DNA from: an uncultured Nostoc sp.
Lineage (GTDB): Bacteria > Cyanobacteriota > Cyanobacteriia > Cyanobacteriales > Nostocaceae
Length of the DNA: 64,000 bases
Direction of reading: 5' to 3'
Assembly (NCBI RefSeq): GCF_937863485.1
Contig: NZ_CALMFY010000104.1
Span: 16,001 to 80,000 of the forward strand
The position numbers were made by a program, and so were the translations under genes. Each line of letters starts with the position of its first letter. The stretch's first letter is position 1. The notes under the pieces were generated by a model. The model worked only from the letters and a program-made list of their open reading frames with translations. It had not been told where the DNA came from and ran no database searches. Positions 9,080 to 18,107 of this stretch are shown here, piece after piece.

Positions 9080-12000
9080 AAAGCACGACGCTAGCAGAGA
9101 AAACGAAGTCATTTGCAGTCAAGCTAGTTGAGGTAATTCCCAGCAATGAAACCAACTCTGTATTTCCTGTTTTTACCAGAGTCGTACTACCCTGTTGCAA
9201 TAAAGTTAAAGCACTAAACTGAGTGATGCCAACACCGCCAAGCCCGATTTTATCAATCCCGATTGTAAAGTCAGTAATAATGTTCTTGCTAGTTGGCAGA
9301 TTAGCGTTAGCAATCCAGAATTGATCAGCACCAGCACCACCACTGAGGCGATCACTACCTCCTTGACCAGCAAATAGCACATCATCACCATCGCCACCAA
9401 ACAGGAAATCATTGAGATTGGAAAAGAGTTTGTCATCACCATCACCACCGTAGAGACGGTTATTGCTACCGCCACTACTAAGGGTGTCGTTGCCTGAGCC
9501 ACCAAATAATGATTGACGAGAATCTTCAATTACTGTAAGACTATCATCACCTGCCGCCCCAAACAAATTATTATTAGCACTAGCTTCCACCACGGTAATA
9601 ACATCATTACCATTGCCACCATCGGCATTGGTATTTTGAGCCGGGCCATTTTGACCAATAAATATCTGATCGTTACCGTCATTCCCAGATACTGAAGAGT
9701 TACTGCCTGCAAGTACTGTGTCATTACCGTTTCCAGCCAGGATTGTGTTATCTTGAGTGCCTTCTACAAAGTCTGCTCCATCACCTGCACTAAAGGATTG
9801 TCCTGGATCAATATTGACAGTATCGCTGTTACTAGAACCAAAACCGTTTGGGAAAGTAGGCTGTACACCTGTTAGGTTATTGGGTAATTCGAGAATGCCG
9901 AGTTTTTCAGCAGTCGTATTACCTGTAACGTTAAAGTCGTTGTCGTTAATCAAAGCTAAAGTATTGGGTGCTACCAGTGCCAGACCTTCTAATTTTTCCA
10001 CTCCGGTATAACCTAACTGAGCAGCATTAGCGATTAAGCTCTTAGTCACAGGGGTAATATTGGCAGCAGCTAACTCAGCAGTGGTAAGCTGTTCAATGGT
10101 CTTACCAGCTGGCAAGGTAAAGTTAGCAGGGTTGTTGATGTTGGTCGCCCCGGCTAAATCAATTTGGTAAATTAGTTTATTACCAGCAGATGTAGCATTG
10201 TCGTCTCGCTCAACTACCGCAAATTTGCCGTTAGCCAAAGAGACTGCATCACCAATCTTATCGGTTCCTGGTAAACCTTCTAGACGATATAAATACTCTC
10301 CTGTTACCTGCTTACTGACAATATCAAACTCCAGAATTCGCAGGTTGAGAGAAGCTTTGGAAGTCGCATCATTGGCGACATCAGGATTATCGATCGCACT
10401 CTGAATAAAGGCATATAATTTATTACCTTCCAGCGCTACAGCTTCAAATCCCCGATTATTGCGGCGTTGGGCATAAACTGCTGGCAATACCTCAGTGCCA
10501 AAAGTTCCAGTTGGTTGATCTGGATTGGGTGCTGTGGCAGTTCCTTGGGGAATAAAGCGGTCAATCAGTTTACCATTAACATCAAAGTGGTAAATTGCCG
10601 GACGGTATTCATCTACCATCCAGTAATCTCCATTTTTTGCAACTACAATTCCTTCTAAGTCTGCACCCAAAGGATCGTTTGCTAGGGGTTGATTGTCTAA
10701 GTCTACGGCAATTTCATCTGTGTAGGCGGTACCATTTGCCCCAGCTTGCAAATTAGGCAATCCAGTTAATGGTGTTGTCCCATCTTGGCGGAATAGCTTT
10801 GTTCTGTTGGTAATATTGATTTCACCTGTACTGCGGTTGAGTTCAAAGCTGACTACTTCTGGCTGGAAGTTGGGTAAGAAAAATGGTCTGTTTGAACCAT
10901 TAGATTCTCCATTGGGGCCACGGTCTGTATTGGTGACAAATTTCAAGTTGCCATTTGCTGCAAACCCTTGGAAATACAACCCGGAGAAACCACCCAAGAA
11001 AATATCTTGACCTTTAGAGGTTGTTCCTAACTTGGGTAGGTCTTCAAATTCATAGATACTCAGCTTGGGTTGGGCAACAGGATTGCGTGGATCGTAACTT
11101 GTGGTGTCAATATTTAGAGAATTGGGGAAGGCATTGGCTATATTTTCCCAAGGCACCAACTTAAAGTTAGAGTTGACGTTTTCACCATCAATTGTCTTAG
11201 CAGGTTCATTGGAGCCATCTTGAGTAACAAATAAACCAAATGGGAAGTTAGGCCCCAGTGGCACATTAATTACATCTGCACCGTCTGACTCTTGTACACT
11301 GTCAATTGACCCATTGTTACCAATGGCAAAGTTACCTACATATTCGTTATTGCCTTCACGGGTGTAGGCAACAAAGGTGCTATCGCCTTGGCTGGATGCT
11401 AGCAGATAACCTGTGCCGTTTTTGCCGTAGTAGATGGTCAACCCTTCTGCGTCATCGGTAATGTGAGAACCACCCTCAAAACGGACGCGATCAATCAGCT
11501 TGCCTGTTGTGCCACCATCTGGTTCTGCCTGGAATTTCCAGATGCCCACATCTTCTTGGGCTATGTAGAGAAAGCCGGTTTCTTGGTCAACCACCATACC
11601 CTCTGTTTGGGGAGAACGCCCTGCTGTTGTGGGTGAGGGGATGGTGAACTCCCGCACCAGTTCAGCGCCAATTTTGCCATTACCTTTGTCAATTAGTTTG
11701 AACTGAGCTATATCTCCAGTTTGGCGGCGACTGGTAAAGACATAGTAATCATTAGTTACGGGGCTACGGTATAAAATAAGTCCGTAAGAACTGCGAGTTG
11801 ATGCGGAATAGGGAGGTTCAAAAGGTGAGGCTTGGAAGATAGTGCCAATATTGCTATCGGTGATATCTTCCAAATACTGACCAGGGGTGCTGGGGTTGGG
11901 GTTAATTTTGAAGATTGCTAGTTTATCATTGCCGCGATCGCTAGCTACGGCAATATCAATAGATTGATTGCCTAATTTAAAACCGTATTGCAGGTCAATG

Positions 12001-14513
12001 TTGTTGTAGCGAATACCACCGGGATTAAGTGTCTGCAACAAATTACCAGACAAGTCATAAACCCGCAGTCCAGCATTTTTTACTGAGGTTAGGACTAGAC
12101 TATCAGCAGCATTTGTGGCATTAACATAGATGGCAGGGTCATCAGCATCAGCCCGTTGAGATGTGGGGGGCGCCGGATCATCAAATAAATTAGGACGAGT
12201 TTCTACTGTAGGTGCAGCGGTGGGAACTAAGTCTGCACCTAAAGTGAGGATTTGGGTAAATTGGGTGCTACTAAAGTTGTTGTCACTCACCAGCACAATC
12301 GACTGACGACCATCTGCTAGTTTAGGGCCAAAGGCAAGACCTTCAATGTTATCTACTCCAGTCGGGTGATTAGCATCAGTAGGCAGATTCAGGTCATTTA
12401 AATTCAACAAAAGACGTTTTTGAGCGGGTGCGATCGCTGCTAGTTGTTCGGCACTTAAATTATTCAGAGAATCGTAGAAGCTAATATCAGTTGCACCTTG
12501 CAAAGAAACTTCGTAAATTTTGATGGTGGTGCCTACACCTTGGACAAAGGAGCGTTCCAACGCAAGGAAAGTACCACGATTATCTATTGCCAATAAATCC
12601 GCCAAACCATTGTCAGCAGAGCCGGTGCTAGGGTTGGGCGCTTGGGCGATTGCATCGGTGATGTAAAGATATTCCTTTTCTGGCTGTCCAGTAACCAGAT
12701 TGTATTGCAGAATCCGGGAAGGGCTACCACTGGTGAGTGAAGCTTTTAATCCATCTTGGGATAGCGCGTTTTCAGTGGCGGTGAATAGGGTTTTCTGGTC
12801 AGGTGTAATGGTGAGGCTTTCAAATGCCAAATTATTATAAACGCCTGATATCTGCGTATCACCTGCATTTACAATACCATCGCCGTTAGTGTCTTTTACT
12901 ACTGGTAGGAATTTGTTGGGGATAAGTAGCGATCGCACTTCTTGCCCTGTTGTCAGGGAAAATTCCTTAATAAAGGGATTAGTAACGCGACCAGCAGTAG
13001 GATTGACTTCGCCTTCTGAAGAGATGAAGACTGTCCCATTATTGGTTAAAGCAATACCTTCAGGGTCAAGACTGTTGGTTGCAAAAAAGTTGCCTTTGGT
13101 ATCTTTCAGAGGCGTGACATTGGTAAAAGTCACCCCAGTATCAGCACTGAAGGTATAAAAACGGGCAGGGGCAACTTGGGAGCGATCGTCTGAGATAGCG
13201 TAGTAGCGGTTATTAGCAGCATCATAAGTGACACCAGACAGTCCACCTAATGGAGTAGAAACTCCATTCACAGTTCCCACAGCACCAGCAGGAATAAAGC
13301 TAGTAGCGAAGGTAGTCTGTCTTTCAAAGACCAGATTAGAAATGGTTTTACCTGCTTGAGTTGGTCTAGTTTGCACATCTGCGAATACTAAGCGATGGTC
13401 AGAACTGGGGAAGGGAAAAGTACCTACTGGGGAGAATGTCGGGTCAGTATTCAGCGGCCAAAATATTCCTGAGTTGGCAATTGTCAGGTCAGCAGAGGGT
13501 AGTACGTAATCAGTCCGCAGGTTTCCGGGAGTTGTATCAGCAAAGTCAGCAGTATCAAAGCTAGGATTACCTTTTTGGCTAGCGTTTGCACCAGCTTGTA
13601 AGTTTGCTTGTTGGGGGCCACCAAGACTGGTAGGAATGACATTAGTATTGATATTGGGATTTTGCAGCAGTTGCCGAATAGCGTTGTCATAACTGTCACC
13701 ATCTACGGGGTCAGCATTTTGATCACCCATAATCACAAAGTCTGAACCAGCAACGATACCGCCCGTTTTACCGATATCATCATAGATGTAATTACCTTTA
13801 CCAGGAGTTATGTAATCCGCCCAAAAGCGGATCTCGTCATGGTTGCGCTTGCCGTTGCGGTCTTCCGGCCCATCAAAGGTTGGGGGTGTGGGGTGGCTGA
13901 CGAGGACATGAATTGTTTCCCCATTCACCTGAACGGGTACATCCCAATGGCTCTTGGAGGAGAGGCGTAGAACTTTGAGTTCCTGGTCAGAATACCAATC
14001 ATTTGGCTGTGGTGTTGTGGGATCATCGGGAAGCAAAGCATTGGGCATATCCTTCCAGAGGAAGTTTTGGAAGGTGCGGATGTTGGCAGTGTCAATGGGA
14101 TATTTGGACAGCAGCAACATCCCGTATTGACCAGGAAAATCACCGAATCCGAAGGCATCATCGCCATATCCTGATTTGCCTGGGGTTGTAACTACTGCGC
14201 CGTTGTTGTTCAAGTCAAATCCAGAGGCAATACCCGTGTTGGAGGGAGCGATATAGAAGTAGGGGTAGTCAACGGGAGTCGCACCGTTTTGGCTGATGGC
14301 TAAATAATTTTGCCGGAATAGTTTAACTGCCTCTTGGGAGTAGTCAAACTCATTAATTAGCAGCACATCCGGGTTGTTACGCTGGATTATTTCCGCAACA
14401 GCTTTTGCCTGAGCATTATCGGGGGTTGACAAATCGGTGACTAATTGACCTTGGGTGCTGCGGTTTAGGGAAGCATTGAATTGGGAAAAGCGGATTGTAT
14501 TAGTAGTTACCAT
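9078..14513 (-). CDS. Multidomain phosphatase: EEP domain + phytase-like + beta-propeller phytase + second phytase-like + RTX tail
   Basis: EEP motifs (FNASL, LLINEFDY, SHPTPP, GDQNADP, RTDYVLPS, SSDHR). Phytase-like motifs (GGLSG, ISDDRS, DPEGIA, SDNNF). BPP motifs (DADDPAIY, YNNID, EGMVVD, EDVGIWK, DDAEGL, SSQGD, QDG). Second phytase-like (TDRGPN, DLEG, DEYRP, NRGFE, KLEGL, NDNDF). GGxGxD repeats. Confidence 0.9.
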   Translation of the reverse strand: MVTTNTIRFSQFNASLNRSTQGQLVTDLSTPDNAQAKAVAEIIQRNNPDVLLINEFDYSQEAVKLFRQNYLAISQNGATPVDYPYFYIAPSNTGIASGFDLNNNGAVVTTPGKSGYGDDAFGFGDFPGQYGMLLLSKYPIDTANIRTFQNFLWKDMPNALLPDDPTTPQPNDWYSDQELKVLRLSSKSHWDVPVQVNGETIHVLVSHPTPPTFDGPEDRNGKRNHDEIRFWADYITPGKGNYIYDDIGKTGGIVAGSDFVIMGDQNADPVDGDSYDNAIRQLLQNPNINTNVIPTSLGGPQQANLQAGANASQKGNPSFDTADFADTTPGNLRTDYVLPSADLTIANSGIFWPLNTDPTFSPVGTFPFPSSDHRLVFADVQTRPTQAGKTISNLVFERQTTFATSFIPAGAVGTVNGVSTPLGGLSGVTYDAANNRYYAISDDRSQVAPARFYTFSADTGVTFTNVTPLKDTKGNFFATNSLDPEGIALTNNGTVFISSEGEVNPTAGRVTNPFIKEFSLTTGQEVRSLLIPNKFLPVVKDTNGDGIVNAGDTQISGVYNNLAFESLTITPDQKTLFTATENALSQDGLKASLTSGSPSRILQYNLVTGQPEKEYLYITDAIAQAPNPSTGSADNGLADLLAIDNRGTFLALERSFVQGVGTTIKIYEVSLQGATDISFYDSLNNLSAEQLAAIAPAQKRLLLNLNDLNLPTDANHPTGVDNIEGLAFGPKLADGRQSIVLVSDNNFSSTQFTQILTLGADLVPTAAPTVETRPNLFDDPAPPTSQRADADDPAIYVNATNAADSLVLTSVKNAGLRVYDLSGNLLQTLNPGGIRYNNIDLQYGFKLGNQSIDIAVASDRGNDKLAIFKINPNPSTPGQYLEDITDSNIGTIFQASPFEPPYSASTRSSYGLILYRSPVTNDYYVFTSRRQTGDIAQFKLIDKGNGKIGAELVREFTIPSPTTAGRSPQTEGMVVDQETGFLYIAQEDVGIWKFQAEPDGGTTGKLIDRVRFEGGSHITDDAEGLTIYYGKNGTGYLLASSQGDSTFVAYTREGNNEYVGNFAIGNNGSIDSVQESDGADVINVPLGPNFPFGLFVTQDGSNEPAKTIDGENVNSNFKLVPWENIANAFPNSLNIDTTSYDPRNPVAQPKLSIYEFEDLPKLGTTSKGQDIFLGGFSGLYFQGFAANGNLKFVTNTDRGPNGESNGSNRPFFLPNFQPEVVSFELNRSTGEINITNRTKLFRQDGTTPLTGLPNLQAGANGTAYTDEIAVDLDNQPLANDPLGADLEGIVVAKNGDYWMVDEYRPAIYHFDVNGKLIDRFIPQGTATAPNPDQPTGTFGTEVLPAVYAQRRNNRGFEAVALEGNKLYAFIQSAIDNPDVANDATSKASLNLRILEFDIVSKQVTGEYLYRLEGLPGTDKIGDAVSLANGKFAVVERDDNATSAGNKLIYQIDLAGATNINNPANFTLPAGKTIEQLTTAELAAANITPVTKSLIANAAQLGYTGVEKLEGLALVAPNTLALINDNDFNVTGNTTAEKLGILELPNNLTGVQPTFPNGFGSSNSDTVNIDPGQSFSAGDGADFVEGTQDNTILAGNGNDTVLAGSNSSVSGNDGNDQIFIGQNGPAQNTNADGGNGNDVITVVEASANNNLFGAAGDDSLTVIEDSRQSLFGGSGNDTLSSGGSNNRLYGGDGDDKLFSNLNDFLFGGDGDDVLFAGQGGSDRLSGGAGADQFWIANANLPTSKNIITDFTIGIDKIGLGGVGITQFSALTLLQQGSTTLVKTGNTELVSLLGITSTSLTANDFVFSASVVL

Positions 14514-14905
14514 AAGTTAGTTCTGGAGTAGATTCATCCGTATCGATAATTAGTCTGTAAGCGATTTAGTAGTGCTGAGAAACGAACAGCATCAGAAGTT
14601 TGAGGGCTAGTACTGGCCAAAATCCGAAACGTGGAGAAGTTGGAGTGTAAATGCCATTTTTATTGCCAGTAAAAGACCGTTAACTGTAAAGTGCATCTTT
14701 GCAGTTAGGGTGATGACTATGCCAACACTCTCTGGTGCGTCCGCTACGCATAGCTTGCTTAAGAGCAAGGGAACGGTGAATGCAATATCAACATGAACAA
14801 GATAAAATACGTCTTCTAAACCAGTATTCTTAGAACTTGTCAGAAGACAGTTACATGACTTTTTAGTATTAGTTGTTAATTGGGCACCCTCAAACTATCC
14901 CAGTT

Positions 14906-14935
14906 AGATTAAGAAACAGCTAGCAAAAGGTTAAG
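14906..14935 (-). promoter_or_regulatory. Candidate Pho box
   Basis: Minus strand CTTAACCT-ttt-GCTAGCTG-ttt-CTTAATCT (exact consensus first box, third box at +22), about 400 nt upstream of the 1811-aa gene. Confidence 0.6.
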
Positions 14936-15129
14936 ACAAAAAATAATTGCAGGTTTGGGGATGCTTTTGTTTTACAGCAATTATTCTCAGCGTGACACTC
15001 GCAATCACAGATAGATTAGAAGTAATTTACCGGACATAATATTAATCAGCGGTTTTTCATCGGATTTAAATTAAGGTGAGTAACAGCCCACCTTAATTTA
15101 AATCTGTATTTCAGTATTTCGGTTAGATA

Positions 15130-15906
15130 TTAGCGGAAATTTTGAGGATTTAGACGAGCACCGTTAGGCTGAGACTGACGACGAATTGCTACTCCACTCC
15201 GCAAATTGTTTCCGGTACCGCCATCTTTGCGATCAAGGAAAGGTTTTAGATTAATCCCACTTCTAGATGAACTAACCCGATTATTACCACTGCCTAGAAG
15301 TGTGCGTCCTAAATTATATAATTCGTTGCCTCCACTACTGCGATCGCCATAAGTATTAACGGCTATAGTCTGTTGTCCACTGTCAGCAGTAGTCAAGTTT
15401 TGGAAAACGCTATTGCGGATAACATAGGGGTCTTTCCCAGGCGGTACTGTCAACACAATTCTACAGGTTGGATTAGCTTCAGTTGTGACGCAGACAATAT
15501 TTTCGTTATTTTCTACAGCTGTCTGGAGTTCTTGTAAGCCATCTGGGCGATAAAGTTCTAAACGACTGGCAATTGCTGCACAACGCCTTTGTGCATCCCA
15601 ACCACCGCCCAAAGCCGCAGGTGCCGCCCAAGGAAAGAATTGTCCGGATTGACTTTGTGGCTGATACATGACAGTATACTGACCATTGTAAGTCTGACAG
15701 CTAAACCGAGTTGTACCGTCAGCTGAGGGTGGTATGCCTGTCGATGTATCTATTGGTACTGGTGCTGATGTGCCGCCTGATGGTACTGTTGGTACTACTA
15801 CACCTTCGCCAGTAGAATCATATTGCGCCATTGCTGCGGAATTGCCCAGACACAAAGATAAGCTAAGACTGCCTAAAGATATAAATCGCAGCAGTTGTGA
15901 TGACAT
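15130..15906 (-). CDS. COP23-domain protein
   Basis: Signal-peptide-like N-terminus; RFSC...YTVMY...W...GGGW..RRC..IA.RL....VC...C..V.TVPPG.DP Cys pattern typical of cyanobacterial COP23 proteins. Confidence 0.75.
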   Translation of the reverse strand: MSSQLLRFISLGSLSLSLCLGNSAAMAQYDSTGEGVVVPTVPSGGTSAPVPIDTSTGIPPSADGTTRFSCQTYNGQYTVMYQPQSQSGQFFPWAAPAALGGGWDAQRRCAAIASRLELYRPDGLQELQTAVENNENIVCVTTEANPTCRIVLTVPPGKDPYVIRNSVFQNLTTADSGQQTIAVNTYGDRSSGGNELYNLGRTLLGSGNNRVSSSRSGINLKPFLDRKDGGTGNNLRSGVAIRRQSQPNGARLNPQNFR

Positions 15907-16134
15907 AAATCATCCTCCAGTAAAAATAGGTAGGGAATTAATAGTTTAAATGACGAAATAATTTGTTTTTTGATTCATCAAAAAGGCTATTTTTTTCCTC
16001 TGTTGATTTTTTATCTTCAAGTAGCTTTTTCACCGTGCTTGAATTTCTGCATGATGCCCCACTCCTTCATAGGCGTAAGGTTGTAGCTACAAGAGTGAAA
16101 GTCAAAGATTTGCTCCCTCAGATAGCGTTCTATA

Positions 16135-17025
16135 CTAGTTTTCCTGAACCAGCAAAACTGACTTCACGGGACGCTTGATAGGATTTCCCTCTAAATCAAC
16201 CTTCCCGTAAAAGCTTTTGCCATTGTAATAAAGCGAAGACGAACTCCCTCCATCCAGATTCATCGCTTTATCAGCACCAAAGGTTTTCATCAAATCAGCT
16301 AATGCTGGCAAGGACACCCCAGAGTTCGCGGAAACTGAGGGTTTTTGAGCCACCATAACTAAAACAACGCTGCCATCACGGGTGATACCCACGGCAGTTC
16401 TGGCATTGAGTTGGTTGCTACCAAGTGCATCTCGTTTATTGGCATTATCCACAAAGCCCTCTTTTACTAAGGTGAGTTCTGGTAACAGGCGTGGGCCTGC
16501 GCCTATGGCATCGACTAACTGACAACCTGCTGGTGGTGACTCACTGTGTACAGCAATCGAATAGCGGATAGTTTGCCCACATAAGTAGCGGCGGAATTCT
16601 GTGCGATTGAAAATTTGACTCAGGTAAGGTTTTAAGTTGGGATTGTTCACCAGCCGCTCGTTTTCCTTGGGGTTAGCTACTAACTTCCCTTGTATAACAA
16701 TATATGATGTAGATTTTTGGTTGGCTGGGTCAAAAAAGCCTGCGTTCAAGATAGCTACGGCTCGATGCTTCTGGGCAAATTCCTCTACTGTGGCTACCTT
16801 CTGTGATAATGCAGGAGTTACCAAAAATCTGCTATTAGCTGGAATTAATAGGATGTGAGCGATGCTTTGGGGCAAAGTGCGCTCAAAGTAGCGGATAGTT
16901 TTTGGTGGTGAAGATGCAATAGTTGGTATTGACGGTGTTGAGGAACGCAAATTAAACCATAACGCCATTGCCAAACTAATTAATATCAAAGCCAGTAGTT
17001 TGATTTTCCTCACATTTAAACCCAC
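16135..17025 (-). CDS. Phosphodiester glycosidase (NAGPA/DUF2233) family protein
   Basis: AILNAGFFD, GAGPRL, ARTAVG and AMNLDGGSSS motifs; N-terminal membrane anchor. Confidence 0.85.
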   Translation of the reverse strand: MGLNVRKIKLLALILISLAMALWFNLRSSTPSIPTIASSPPKTIRYFERTLPQSIAHILLIPANSRFLVTPALSQKVATVEEFAQKHRAVAILNAGFFDPANQKSTSYIVIQGKLVANPKENERLVNNPNLKPYLSQIFNRTEFRRYLCGQTIRYSIAVHSESPPAGCQLVDAIGAGPRLLPELTLVKEGFVDNANKRDALGSNQLNARTAVGITRDGSVVLVMVAQKPSVSANSGVSLPALADLMKTFGADKAMNLDGGSSSSLYYNGKSFYGKVDLEGNPIKRPVKSVLLVQEN

Positions 17026-17241
17026 TTGCGGTTAGCTCAAACAAAGTTCCACATTGTACCGCAAAACTTGATTGAATTTTGGAATGTCTAGACACGCCCA
17101 AGCGAACGAAATAGCTTAGGGCGTAGTGTAGCAGAAACACAGTCCAAAGTTAACCGTTTAAACGTGTTGTTCCCATTGTTATTGGGCGATCGCTAATTTT
17201 TTGCTGATGGTAAAAATGCTCTCAAAAGCCCTACTCAATGG

Positions 17242-17387
17242 CTGACTTTTCACGTTATGTGGAAAAGTCCACCAAAAACCTAACCCCCTAACCCCCTTCC
17301 CGTGTCGGGAAGGGGGAAAATTTAAAGTCTCTCTCCTAAAAGGAGAGAGATTTAGAGAGAGGTTTTCCAGATGCCGTGAAAAGTCAG
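17242..17387. mobile_element. MITE (146 bp) with target-site duplication
   Basis: TIRs CTGACTTTTCACGTTATGTGGAAAA / CTGACTTTTCACGGCATCTGGAAAA (22/25); ACTCAATG direct repeat at 17233-17240 and 17388-17395; internal double hairpin. Confidence 0.85.
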
Positions 17388-17505
17388 ACTCAATGAAATC
17401 CACTTGTTAGAATTAAGAGGCAAGCGTTGCAAAACACCTTATCCTTCATAGAGATTGAAACGCTTGAAACTTACTAAATCCCTATTGGGGATTGAAATTA
17501 AGACC

Positions 17506-17826
17506 ATGTTAGAAACCACAAACCTGAAAAATATCTCCAAAAAATTCGCTATAGCCAGAAATTCTGCTTCTTGCAAAGAAAATGAGGCAATGAGAGCTAT
17601 TGCATATAGCATGGATTTACTACTCCCTGGTTTGTATATATGGCTACTTGGTTTTAGTTTTCGCATTGGTGGGAGCGTACCAGATGATATTCCTTATAAA
17701 TATCCCGGTAAAATTCACAAGTTAACTGGAATTGCTTTAGTATTACCAGGATATAGAATTTTTACGACTTACCAGGGTAGTTATGACCCTAAACAGACAT
17801 CAAATACAGGGACTAACAGCTTTTAA
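17506..17826 (+). CDS. Hypothetical protein
   Basis: ORF 17455..17826 (TTG); first ATG at 17506; no recognisable motif. Confidence 0.5.
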   Translation: MLETTNLKNISKKFAIARNSASCKENEAMRAIAYSMDLLLPGLYIWLLGFSFRIGGSVPDDIPYKYPGKIHKLTGIALVLPGYRIFTTYQGSYDPKQTSNTGTNSF

Positions 17827-18013
17827 TTGTACGGTTCTTGACTCAAATACTTTTGAAAGCTTAATGACTCAGGCAGGATATTCAATCTCAGGTAGCGCAT
17901 CTGCACAGTCTAATAGAATAAAAGTATGGTGGATTCATAACGAATACCCAAGAGTCGAGTCCATATATAGTCCAGACAAGAGAATAGTCATAACGGCATA
18001 TCATATTAACTGA
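17783..18013 (+). CDS. Hypothetical protein (76 aa)
   Basis: ATG-started ORF overlapping the upstream ORF by 44 nt; protein-like C-terminus (KVWWIHNEYPRVESIYSPD). Confidence 0.55.
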   Translation: MTLNRHQIQGLTAFNCTVLDSNTFESLMTQAGYSISGSASAQSNRIKVWWIHNEYPRVESIYSPDKRIVITAYHIN

Positions 18014-18107
18014 TATTTTTTATTTCTATTAACTAATTTCCAACGTGGGCAGAAAGTTTTGGTTGATAAGATTTTTTAGTCTGTGATACTTTCACCACCA
18101 AAATAAA

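Noticed and set aside
1913-9724. Repeated ~100-aa ORFs (1913..2236, 5086..5340, 9206..9529 and similar) that look like a small gene family
   Set aside because: They are alternative-frame shadows of the three homologous RTX tails; their similarity follows from the DNA repeat.
17025-17230. Pho box upstream of the phosphodiester glycosidase gene
   Set aside because: TTAA-containing octamers are present but not at 11-bp spacing, so there is no support for adding this gene to the Pho cluster.
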